Below, piece after piece: positions 43,686 through 52,384 of a DNA stretch of 64,000 nucleotides (the first letter of the stretch is position 1; each line of letters opens with the position of its first letter). Source of the DNA: an uncultured Verrucomicrobiota bacterium (lineage in GTDB: Bacteria; Verrucomicrobiota; Verrucomicrobiia; Limisphaerales; CAIMTB01); NCBI GenBank assembly GCA_964476125.1, contig CAYZAE010000003.1, positions 25,804-89,803 of the forward strand, written 5' to 3'. Below the pieces are notes generated by a model that worked only from the letters and a program-made list of their open reading frames with translations, did no database searches and had not been told where the DNA came from. The position numbers and the translations under genes were made by a program.

Positions 43686-45462
43686 CCTGTGGGTCCATCC
43701 CTCGGCGATCCTGCTTCTGGGTGCGGCGGGTCTGCCGCTGATTCCGGCCCGGGCGAAGCGGATCTGGCTGCTGCTCATCCCGGTCCTCGCCTTTGTGCGC
43801 ACGGTTGGGCTGGTGAAGGGGGTTTTTGGGCAGGTGACCGTGCTGGATTGGACCCTGGTGTTCGGCCGGGTGGATGGGTTGAGCCAGGTGTTCGGGTACA
43901 TCATGGCGCTGATGGCGGTGGTTGGGACGCTGTACGGGCTTCACGTTCGTGAGGATGCCCAGCACATGGTGGCCTGGACCTATGTGGCGGGTTCGCTGGG
44001 GGCCATTTACGCGGGCGATTACCTGACCTTGTTCGTTTTCTGGGAGTTGATGGCGTTGTCCTCGGTGTTCCTGGTCTGGTTTCGAAGGCGTCCGGAGTCG
44101 GGGCCGGTGGGGCTCCGTTATTTCCTGGTTCACACGGCGGGGGGGTTGGCGCTGCTGGCGGGCATTGTGCTGCAGGCGGGGCAGGCGGGGGGCAGTCTGG
44201 CGTTCGGGGCGGTGGATGTGCATCGGATGACTCCCGCGACGTGGCTGATACTCTCGGGATTCCTGCTGAATGCGGCGGTGCCGCCGCTGCATGCCTGGCT
44301 GCCGGATGCGTATGGCGAGGCCACCTTCAATGGCTCCGTCTTCCTGTGTGCGTTCACGACGAAGACGGCGGTGTACGCGCTTTGCCGCGCCTTTCCGGGC
44401 CTGGAGATCCTGGTGCCGTTGGGGGTGGCGATGGCGTTGTACGGCGTGGTGTATGCGGTATTGGAGAACGACTGCCGCCGGTTGCTCGCGTATCACATCA
44501 TCAGCCAGGTGGGTTACATGGTGGCGGGGGTGGGGATCGGGACGGAGATGGCGATCAACGGCGCCTGCGCCCATGCCTTCGCCCACATCCTCTACAAGGG
44601 CCTGCTCTTCATGGGGTGCGGTTCGATCCTGCACATGACCGGCCGCAGCAAGTTCACGGAGCTCGGCGGATTATACGCCCGGATGCCCTGGACGTTTCTT
44701 TTCACCCTGGTCGGGGGCCTTTCTATTTCCGCGTTTCCGTTGTTCAGCGGGTTTGTCAGCAAGTCGATGATTGTCGCCGCCGGATTCGAACAGCACCGGC
44801 AGACGGCCTCCTTCCTGTTGATGCTGGCCTCGGTGGGTACGTTCCTGCACACCGGTTTGAAGGTTCCCTATTTTCTCTGGTTCGGCCGACGCAACTGCAG
44901 TGACGAGACCTGGGAACGCGCCAAGGAACCGCCCTGGAACATGATGGTGGCGATGGCGGCGGCGGCGGTTCTCTGTGTCGGGATCGGATGCTACACGCCC
45001 TATCTCTACCGGATGCTGCCCCACCCGGTGGAATATCATCCCTACACGGCGTATCACGTCTCCGAGACGCTCCAGATCCTGCTCTTTACGGCGGTCGGAT
45101 TCTTTCTCCTGCTTCGGAAACTTCAGCCGACGCCGACGATCAGCGTGGATCTCGATTGGTTTTACCGGAAGGGCGCGCGGTGGCTGATGCGGATGGCGCG
45201 CGGGCCGGTCCGTCGCGTCGATGACGGGGTGGGGGAGGTCTATCGGGCCGGCGGCCTGGATCCCCTCATGCGGGCGTCGCGGTCGATTGGGCTTTTTGAC
45301 GGCCGGGTGATTGACGGGGCGGTGGACGGTATTGCGACGACGATCCGGGCCGTGGGCGGGCGGTTGCGGTTTCTCCAGCGGGGCGCGATGCAGGAGAGCC
45401 TGGCGGTGGCGCTGGGTGTGGCGGTGGTCCTGCTTCTGGTGGGCCTGGTGCTGATGCGGTAA
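43678..45462 (+). CDS. nuoL: NuoL-like antiporter-type subunit (594 aa) carrying the C-terminal lateral-helix segment
   Basis: The TM5 Glu context is LFVFWELMAL. The TM7 region is LLNAAVPPLHAWLPDAYGEATFNGSVF, with Asn where the other three subunits have Lys. The C-terminus GRVIDGAVDGIATTIRAVGGRLRFLQRGAMQESLAVALGVAVVLLLVGLVL resembles the NuoL amphipathic helix plus final TM (V-DG-V-G ... LQ-G pattern). Confidence 0.8.
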   Translation: MSDLWVHPSAILLLGAAGLPLIPARAKRIWLLLIPVLAFVRTVGLVKGVFGQVTVLDWTLVFGRVDGLSQVFGYIMALMAVVGTLYGLHVREDAQHMVAWTYVAGSLGAIYAGDYLTLFVFWELMALSSVFLVWFRRRPESGPVGLRYFLVHTAGGLALLAGIVLQAGQAGGSLAFGAVDVHRMTPATWLILSGFLLNAAVPPLHAWLPDAYGEATFNGSVFLCAFTTKTAVYALCRAFPGLEILVPLGVAMALYGVVYAVLENDCRRLLAYHIISQVGYMVAGVGIGTEMAINGACAHAFAHILYKGLLFMGCGSILHMTGRSKFTELGGLYARMPWTFLFTLVGGLSISAFPLFSGFVSKSMIVAAGFEQHRQTASFLLMLASVGTFLHTGLKVPYFLWFGRRNCSDETWERAKEPPWNMMVAMAAAAVLCVGIGCYTPYLYRMLPHPVEYHPYTAYHVSETLQILLFTAVGFFLLLRKLQPTPTISVDLDWFYRKGARWLMRMARGPVRRVDDGVGEVYRAGGLDPLMRASRSIGLFDGRVIDGAVDGIATTIRAVGGRLRFLQRGAMQESLAVALGVAVVLLLVGLVLMR

Positions 45463-45490
45463 CCCGGGGAGCAATGAAGGCTTTGCGGAC

Positions 45491-46993
45491 ATGACCCAAC
45501 TCACATCCGACGGTGGTTTTCCCCTGCTGAGCGTGCTGATCTTCGGCCCGCTGGCGGCGGCGCTGGTGGCGGCGCTGTTGCCTGGTGAACGCGGACTGCG
45601 CGCCTGGGCCCTGGCTTCGACGTCCGGGTTCGGACTCCTGTCGCTGGTCCTGCTGACCCGGTTTGATCCGGCGAAGACGGGGTTTCAGTGGGTGGAGCAG
45701 TCGGCGTGGATTCCGTGGTTGAAGATCGACTATGCGCTGGGGATCGATGGCATCAGTCTGGTTCTCATTCTGCTGACGGCGCTGATCTCGCCGTTGTGCG
45801 TGCTGGCGTCGTGGACGTACATCAAGGTCCGGGTCAGGGAGTTCATGGTGTGCCTGCTGGTGATGGAGGCGGCGATGGTGGGGGTGTTCAGTGCCCTGGA
45901 TTTCGTGCTCTTCTTCATGTTTTGGGAGGCGATGCTCATTCCGATGAGCCTGATGATCGGCGTGTGGGGCGGGCCGAAGCGGGTGTATGCGGCGGTGAAA
46001 TTCTTCGTGTACACCATGGCTGGGTCGGTGCTCCTGCTGGTGGCGATCGTGGCGCTTCGGTTGAAGACGGGAAGCTTCAGCATTCCGGGCATGATGGGGC
46101 GGACCTATCCCGTGGAGTTTCAGTGCTGGGTGTTCGCGGCCTTTTTCATTTCGTTCGCCATCAAGGTCCCGATGTTCCCGTTTCACACCTGGCTGCCGTC
46201 GGCCCACGTGGAGGCGCCGACGGCGGGCAGTGTAATTCTGGCGAGCGTGCTGTTGAAGATGGGGACTTACGGATTCCTGCGGTTCTCCCTGCCGATCGTT
46301 CCCTATGCGGCGAAGCTTTTCGCGCCGTGGCTGATGGCGTTGTCGGTGGTGGCCATTGTGTACGGCGGATTGGCGGCCCTGGCTCAGACGGACCTGAAGA
46401 AGCTGGTGGCCTATTCGAGCGTGGGCCACATGGGTTTTGCGACCCTGGGCATTTTCAGCCTGACGCGGGCGGGGTTGGAGGGGGCGACGCTGGTGATGAT
46501 CAATCACGGGGTGACGACCGGGGCGCTGTTCGTGGCGGTTGGTTTTCTCTATGAACGCCTGCACACCCGCGATCTCGGCGCGGCGGCCGGCGTGGGGAAG
46601 GTGATCCCGGTGTACACCGGTTTTCTGGGGCTGTTCTGCCTTTCCTCGATGGCTTTTCCGGGGACGAACAGTTTCGTGGGTGAGTTTCTGGTGCTGGCCG
46701 GCGGGTTGTCGGTCTCGAAGGTTCTGGTGATCTGCGCCGTCCCGGGGGTGGTGGCCGCGGCTGCCTACAACCTGAGAATGCTCCAGCGCGTGGCCTACGG
46801 CGGCACTGCGAATCCCCGGCACGAAGGCGTGAAGGATCTTGGCTGGCGCGAGATCGCGACCCTGGCCCCGCTGCTGGTGCTGGTCCTGTGGATCGGGCTG
46901 CAACCCAAGCCGCTGATGAATCTGATCGAGACCGGGGTCATGCAGATCGTCGGCCAGGTGGCCAACGCCGAGGCGACCATTCCGGGACCCTAG
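45491..46993 (+). CDS. nuoM: NADH-quinone oxidoreductase subunit M
   Basis: Matching segments are GIDGISLVLILLTALI, FFMFWEAMLIPMSLMIGVWGG and FAIKVPMFPFHTWLPSAHVEAPTAGSVILASVLLKMGTYG. Confidence 0.92.
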   Translation: MTQLTSDGGFPLLSVLIFGPLAAALVAALLPGERGLRAWALASTSGFGLLSLVLLTRFDPAKTGFQWVEQSAWIPWLKIDYALGIDGISLVLILLTALISPLCVLASWTYIKVRVREFMVCLLVMEAAMVGVFSALDFVLFFMFWEAMLIPMSLMIGVWGGPKRVYAAVKFFVYTMAGSVLLLVAIVALRLKTGSFSIPGMMGRTYPVEFQCWVFAAFFISFAIKVPMFPFHTWLPSAHVEAPTAGSVILASVLLKMGTYGFLRFSLPIVPYAAKLFAPWLMALSVVAIVYGGLAALAQTDLKKLVAYSSVGHMGFATLGIFSLTRAGLEGATLVMINHGVTTGALFVAVGFLYERLHTRDLGAAAGVGKVIPVYTGFLGLFCLSSMAFPGTNSFVGEFLVLAGGLSVSKVLVICAVPGVVAAAAYNLRMLQRVAYGGTANPRHEGVKDLGWREIATLAPLLVLVLWIGLQPKPLMNLIETGVMQIVGQVANAEATIPGP

Positions 46994-46999
46994 AAACGA

Positions 47000-48442
47000 G
47001 TGACGATGTTCCACCCAGGCGCATTCCTTCCCGAATTGGTGCTGCTGGCCGGCGCGCTGGCCATCTTCCTGACCACGCTGCGGGCGTCGGACGGCCGGCT
47101 GGCCGGCCGGGTGACCCTTGGCGTGGCTGTGGCGACGCTGCTGGCCGCCGTGCTTGGGCTGAAGCAAGAGGCGCTGATGTTCGACGGGGCCTATCGCGTC
47201 GACGCCTTTTCCCAGGGCCTGAAGCTGGTTTTTTCCGTGGGTTTCGTGCTGGTGTCGCTGCTGAGCGGCCGGCTTGGGGACATTCGTGAGGATGTGCGGA
47301 GCGAGTACTTTCTCTTTCTGACCTTCAGCGTTCTCGGCTTCGAGTTGCTGGCGAGCTGCATTGAATTGATGGCCTTGGTGGTGGCCCTTGAGCTGGCTTC
47401 CTTCCCGCTCTTTCTCGCGGTGGCGCTGCGGCGTGAACGGGCGGGGCAGCGCCGGCAGCTGGAGTCGGCGATGAAGTACGTGATGTTCGGGGTGGCGGCG
47501 AACGGCATCATGTTCTTCGGGTTGAGCTACCTCTTCGGACTGACCGGAACCACGTCGCTGCCATTGATGGCCGAGAGGCTGCGACCGGTGATGACCACGC
47601 CCCTGGCTGTGGCCGGTCTGCTGATGGCGCTGGCCGGGGTCTGGTACAAGCTGGCGGTTTTTCCGTTCCACTTTTGGACGCCGGATGTCTACCAGGGGGC
47701 TTCGAACGAAACGGCGGGTTGGGTGGCTTCGTTGCCGAAGCTTGGCGCGGTGGTGGTGTTTTATCGGTTCATGGCCATGGCGGCCCCCGATGGCCGGGCG
47801 GTCCCGATGGTTCTGGCGGTGCTGGCCGGGGCCTCGATGCTCTACGGCAATCTTCTGGCCCTGGGTCAGACCGACTTCAAGCGCATGCTCGGGTTCTCGG
47901 GCATCGCCCATGCCGGTTATGCGCTCCTGGGTTTTGTGTCCCTGGATGTCTCCGGCCATGCGGCGGCCCTGTATTACATGACCGCTTACATGGCGATGGT
48001 GCTGGCCTGCTTCACGGTCATCAGCCGGGTGTCCGCCGATGGGGTGAACGTGGCGATTTCGGATCTCGCCGGATTGCACCGCCGCTCGCCGTTGCTTGCG
48101 ATCACCCTGATGGCTGGCGTGTTTGGCCTGGCCGGGATTCCGCCCCTGGCGGGTTTCATGGGCAAACTGGCGCTGTTCACGGCGGCGCTCCGACAAGGTC
48201 ATCTGGCTCTCGTCATCCTGGCGGTCCTGAATGCGGCGGTGGCGATCTACTATTACCTCTCGGTGGTCCGCGAAGTTGTGTTTGGGGATCCGGGATCCCG
48301 GCCGGCGATCGTTCTGGATCCGCCGACCCGCATGCTTTGTGCATTTCTGGTGCTGATCATCGTGGTGCTCGGCGTGATGCCGGGACCGCTGTTTGAGGCC
48401 ATCGGTCAGGCGCTCGGGGCGGCGGCCCTCCCGGGACGTTGA
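47000..48442 (+). CDS. nuoN: NADH-quinone oxidoreductase subunit N
   Basis: The start is GTG. Matching segments are LVVALELASFPLF, WYKLAVFPFHFWTPDVYQGASNETAGWVASLPKLG and LLGFSGIAHAGY. Confidence 0.9.
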   Translation: MTMFHPGAFLPELVLLAGALAIFLTTLRASDGRLAGRVTLGVAVATLLAAVLGLKQEALMFDGAYRVDAFSQGLKLVFSVGFVLVSLLSGRLGDIREDVRSEYFLFLTFSVLGFELLASCIELMALVVALELASFPLFLAVALRRERAGQRRQLESAMKYVMFGVAANGIMFFGLSYLFGLTGTTSLPLMAERLRPVMTTPLAVAGLLMALAGVWYKLAVFPFHFWTPDVYQGASNETAGWVASLPKLGAVVVFYRFMAMAAPDGRAVPMVLAVLAGASMLYGNLLALGQTDFKRMLGFSGIAHAGYALLGFVSLDVSGHAAALYYMTAYMAMVLACFTVISRVSADGVNVAISDLAGLHRRSPLLAITLMAGVFGLAGIPPLAGFMGKLALFTAALRQGHLALVILAVLNAAVAIYYYLSVVREVVFGDPGSRPAIVLDPPTRMLCAFLVLIIVVLGVMPGPLFEAIGQALGAAALPGR

Positions 48443-48567
48443 GAGACAGCCGGGCCGGACAACTGGACCCATGAGACTCGTGAGAGCCGATTAGCGTATT
48501 CAGTCAATAACGAATTCTTGCCAACGGCAGTGCGTGGGCAGAGATTCCGGCATTCCCCTGGAGCGGT

Positions 48568-49968
48568 ATGAAAGATTCCCCTTTTCCGACGGAGGGTGTT
48601 CGGCACGCGTGGTCCGAGTTACCGGCCGAGGACCTTCCGAGACGCCCGGTGAGCGAGCGGGTCGTCGATTTTCGCGAAGTGCACGAGGCCTTCACGCCGG
48701 AGGCCGCCCAGGCCCAGGCGGAACGTTGCGTCCAGTGCGCGCATCCGGGCTGTGTGGAGGAGTGTCCCGTCGGCAGTCCCATTGAGGAATGGATGCAGCT
48801 GGTGGCCGAGGGGCGCTTCCAGGAGGCGGCCCGGATTGCGCGGGAGTCGAATGCCATTCCCGAAATCTGCGCCCGGCTATGTCCCCGGGATCATCTGTGC
48901 GAGCGGGGATGTGTTCTGGGCGGGCCGTCGGAGCCGGTGTGCATCGGGGCGCTCGAGCAGTTTCTGCAGGACTATTCGCTGGGAGTGAGCGAGGCGGAGG
49001 ACCGTTTGGCGGAACCGAACGGTCGGCGGATCGCGGTGGTGGGGGCGGGGGCCGCCGGTTTGGCTTGCGCCGACGAACTCTCGCGCCGCGGCTATTCGGT
49101 GACTCTTTTTGATTCCGGGACCGATCCCGGGGGCGGACTGGTGCGCGGGACCGCGTCGTTCCGGCTTGATCCCGCGGTGGTGCAGCGACGGGTGGTCATC
49201 CTGCGCGAGCGGGGGGTGGAGTTTCGCCTCGATGCCCCGCTGGGCGAGTCCGTGTCGCTCGCCGGACTGAGGAAGGAGTTCGATGCGGTGTTCGTTGGAC
49301 TTGAGGCGCGTCAGGCGCGTCTGTTGCAGGTGCCGGGGGCCCACTTGAATGGGGTGACCGACGGTCTGGCCTTGATGGCCCGGATCACTTCGGGGGTGCG
49401 GCCGGATTGGAACAATCGCCGGGTTGTCGTGGTCGGGGACGAGGATCTCGCGATTGATTGCGCGCGATCCGCGGTGCGTTGCGGAGCGGCGTCGGTGATC
49501 GTGATTTCGGCGGCAGGCCAGGCCGACATGGGGTGCAGCCGCCGGGATTTCGACTGCGCGAGGGACGAAGGGGTCCGTTTTGTCTGGGAGCAGGTTCCGG
49601 TTTCGATTCACGGCGATGCCGCGCGGCAGGTTACGGAAGTCCAGACGGTGCGGGTGGCCCGGCTTCCGATGGAGGACGGCCGGGGTTCCCGGATGGGCCT
49701 GGTGCCGGGGACGGAGGAGACCCTGGGTGCGGACATCGTGGTGGTGGCGCTGGGGTTTGACCGTCAGGCGGTGGGTTTGCCAGGCGATTTCGTGGAGCTC
49801 GGGGCGGATGGGTTGGGGGAAGTGCTGGTGGATCGGCGTCAGATGACGCATCTGCCTGGCGTGTTTGCGGGCGGGGAAGTGGTCCGAGGACCCTGCGATG
49901 TGGTTCACGCCATTCGCGATGCCCGCCAGGCTGCCATTGGGATCGGACAGTATCTGGGGATCGGGTGA
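48568..49968 (+). CDS. GltD-like NAD(P)H-dependent Fe-S flavoprotein (glutamate synthase small-subunit / NfnB / PreT family)
   Basis: The N-terminal Fe-S cysteine pattern is AERCVQCAHPGCVEECP ... ARLCPRDHLCERGC. The dinucleotide folds are RIAVVGAGAAGLACADEL and VVVVGDEDLAIDCARSA, and the C-terminal part reads PGVFAGGE. Confidence 0.88.
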   Translation: MKDSPFPTEGVRHAWSELPAEDLPRRPVSERVVDFREVHEAFTPEAAQAQAERCVQCAHPGCVEECPVGSPIEEWMQLVAEGRFQEAARIARESNAIPEICARLCPRDHLCERGCVLGGPSEPVCIGALEQFLQDYSLGVSEAEDRLAEPNGRRIAVVGAGAAGLACADELSRRGYSVTLFDSGTDPGGGLVRGTASFRLDPAVVQRRVVILRERGVEFRLDAPLGESVSLAGLRKEFDAVFVGLEARQARLLQVPGAHLNGVTDGLALMARITSGVRPDWNNRRVVVVGDEDLAIDCARSAVRCGAASVIVISAAGQADMGCSRRDFDCARDEGVRFVWEQVPVSIHGDAARQVTEVQTVRVARLPMEDGRGSRMGLVPGTEETLGADIVVVALGFDRQAVGLPGDFVELGADGLGEVLVDRRQMTHLPGVFAGGEVVRGPCDVVHAIRDARQAAIGIGQYLGIG

Positions 49969-50301
49969 TTCGATTCCCCGGGGATCCCGACGGGGCTTGT
50001 GCAAGGCGTCGGCTCGGGCAAGAGCTAGAAAGGCCGTCCGGACTGCTGGAATCGCGTACGCGGAATTGCCGGGCTGGCTGGTGATTCTTTCCTGGGTTGT
50101 GCTTCCGGGAATCTTGCTCTTGTCGTGTTCGACTGATAACACCCAAGGCATCACATCCCGCCACCCCTGGGAGTTCTTCAAATTCACGGACGGACGTGGA
50201 GGTCCGTCCGGCGGATGAGGAGAGGTGCTCTGGGACAGGCTGGGAAGAGAAGCGTTGATCCGCGCGAACCCGCCGTTTGTCCACCCACTCCCCCACCCAC
50301 G

Positions 50302-51285
50302 ATGTCTGCGTCCAATTTCGCACTCTTCCCGTTGCTTCGATATTCTGCTCCGGCCCGGCAGTGGTTGGTTGCTTCAGTCATTGCCTTGAGCGGGCTTGTC
50401 GCCGCTGGAACGGCGGGGGCGGCGGGCTTGCTGCTTGAGGTTCAGCGCGGGCCGAGCATCACGGGTCCCTGGACCAAGGTTTCGGAGGTGACGGTGGATT
50501 CCCCCTTGCCGACGGAATTCTTCCGGGTTGCGGCGTCGGTGCCGGCACCGGCGCGCGACGTGGAGGGGTATGTCTGGATTCCTTCCGGTGTCTTCACGAT
50601 GGGAACGCCGGATAAGGAGGCGCAACGCCGCACGAGCGAGGGGCCTCAGACCGTGGTTCGAATTTCCGAGGGGTTCTGGATGAGCCGGCTGGAAACCACG
50701 CAACGGCAGTGGTCGGAGTTGATGGATTCCAATACCTCGTCCGTCCGCGATCCCGATTTGCCGGTGGATTCGGTCAGCTGGGATGAGGCGTTGGAGTATT
50801 GCGCCAAGCTTACCACGCGCGAGCGTGCGGCGGGACGTCTTCCGGCCGGTTATATCTATCGGCTGCCAACCGAGGCCGAATGGGAGTTCGCCTGCCGGGC
50901 AGGGAGCGCGGGTCCGTTTTCCTTCGGGGACAGTTTATCGTCGACGAATGCCAACTTTGACGGGGCCCGTCCCTATGGGGAAGCCGCCTCGGGGCCGTCA
51001 GTGGGGGGCACGGTTCGGGGCGGGCAGTATCCGGCCAATGCGTGGGGGCTGCATGACATGCATGGCAACGTCTGGGAGTGGTGCCTCGACTGGCATCCCA
51101 GCCGGCTGTCCGGCGGGAAAGTGACGGACCCGGTGGGTTCCGGATCCGTGCGTCAGCGGGCGATGCGGGGTGGGGCGTGGCACAACGAGGCGACGGCCTG
51201 CCGCTCGGGGTATCGATACCTGATCGGCCCCATTTTCCGGGCTTTTTCGAGTGGATTGCGGCCGGTGGTGGCGAAGGAGCTTTGA
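50302..51285 (+). CDS. Formylglycine-generating-enzyme-like (SUMF1/EgtB/PvdO family) protein, exported, with an N-terminal GPW...FFR module
   Basis: Matching segments are VWIPSGVFTMGTP, VDSVSWDEALEYC, YRLPTEAEWEFACRAG, HGNVWEWCLDW and MRGGAW. The start could be ATG 50302 (signal-like) or ATG 50215. Confidence 0.88.
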   Translation: MSASNFALFPLLRYSAPARQWLVASVIALSGLVAAGTAGAAGLLLEVQRGPSITGPWTKVSEVTVDSPLPTEFFRVAASVPAPARDVEGYVWIPSGVFTMGTPDKEAQRRTSEGPQTVVRISEGFWMSRLETTQRQWSELMDSNTSSVRDPDLPVDSVSWDEALEYCAKLTTRERAAGRLPAGYIYRLPTEAEWEFACRAGSAGPFSFGDSLSSTNANFDGARPYGEAASGPSVGGTVRGGQYPANAWGLHDMHGNVWEWCLDWHPSRLSGGKVTDPVGSGSVRQRAMRGGAWHNEATACRSGYRYLIGPIFRAFSSGLRPVVAKEL

Positions 51286-51381
51286 CGGGGGGGCGCTGAG
51301 GTCGCGGGAGACTTCAGTGCGGAGGGGGTGCCGGGCGAATGATCGCTTTACCGTCCGGGGGCCGGGTGGTAAGCGAATGCC

Positions 51382-52329
51382 ATGAATCCAATCAGTTCCG
51401 CTGCGCGGGGAAATCCGCAGCTGCGGGAGCCGTTGCAGAGGCGGCGGTTGCACCGTTCGGGTTTTACGCTGATCGAGTTGCTGGTGGTCATCGCGATCAT
51501 CGCGATCCTTGCCAGCATGCTTCTCCCGGCGCTGGGCAAGGCCAAGTTGAAGGCCCAGGGCATCAAGTGCATGGCGAACATGAAGCAGCTGCAGTTGGCG
51601 TTTCAGATGTACGCGGATGACAACAACAACCGCTACATGATGAATACCTATGGGAACGACGGCTGGGTGAAGGGGTCCGTCGACTTCAATGATTCCAATC
51701 CCTCCAATTGGGATCCCAACACGCTTCTGGACGTGAGGACCGCGGTGCTGGGGCCGTACACGAAGGATGTGGGTATCTATCGTTGTCCCGGGGACTGGAC
51801 GATGGTGAGGCGTGCGGGCTTCGGCAAGGTGCCGCGGATCCGGTCGGTGGCGGCCAGTCAGGCGGTGGGGACATGGACCAGTGGTGCCCCGACGCTTGGT
51901 TATTGGCTGGATGCGGCCCTTGAGGGTGGGTCGGAGGTGAATCCGGGCGGCAAGTGGAAGGTGTTTGCGAAGGATGGGGATGCCACGCGGCCGTCGTCCA
52001 TTTGGGTGTTCATGGATGAACATCCGGCGAGCATCAACGACGGGGGGTTTGGGTTCCGCATGCCGGACACGGCGGCGGCGATCGCGAACCGGGGTTGGAT
52101 TGATTATCCGGCAGGATTCCACGGGGGAGCCGGTGCGCTGTCGTTCATCGATGGTCATGCCGAGACCCGCAAGTGGGTGGAGTCGCCGAGGGCCGGCCGT
52201 TCGGGCCTGGATGCCCGGGTGACGGACTACTCCAAGCTGGATGACGGCCGTCGTGCGAATCATCGGGACATCTGGTGGATGGCCCAGCGGACCTCTGAGT
52301 TGGACAATGGGCGGAATCCCTGGGAGTGA
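51382..52329 (+). CDS. Prepilin-type N-terminal cleavage/methylation domain protein with an H-X9-DG motif (pseudopilin-like)
   Basis: The class III signal is [25 protein letters not shown]. The H-X9-DG motif is read directly as [19 protein letters not shown] is also present. Confidence 0.9.
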   Translation: MNPISSAARGNPQLREPLQRRRLHRSGFTLIELLVVIAIIAILASMLLPALGKAKLKAQGIKCMANMKQLQLAFQMYADDNNNRYMMNTYGNDGWVKGSVDFNDSNPSNWDPNTLLDVRTAVLGPYTKDVGIYRCPGDWTMVRRAGFGKVPRIRSVAASQAVGTWTSGAPTLGYWLDAALEGGSEVNPGGKWKVFAKDGDATRPSSIWVFMDEHPASINDGGFGFRMPDTAAAIANRGWIDYPAGFHGGAGALSFIDGHAETRKWVESPRAGRSGLDARVTDYSKLDDGRRANHRDIWWMAQRTSELDNGRNPWE

Positions 52330-52384
52330 GTTGCCACCCGCGCATTGATGCGGGTCGGGGATCCTGATCCGATCGCCGTGAACC

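Noticed and set aside
41605-48472. 567-aa and 1068-aa minus-strand ORFs opposite the nuo membrane-subunit genes
   Set aside because: The + strand encodes colinear NuoK/L/M/N-type proteins with conserved motifs. The antisense translations are hydrophilic R/H/Q/P-rich strings, inconsistent with any known fold.
49966-49979. tRNA T-loop-like string GTGATTCGATTCCCC at the end of the gltD-like gene
   Set aside because: The five bases either side of TTCGATT are not complementary, and no cloverleaf can be drawn from the flanks.
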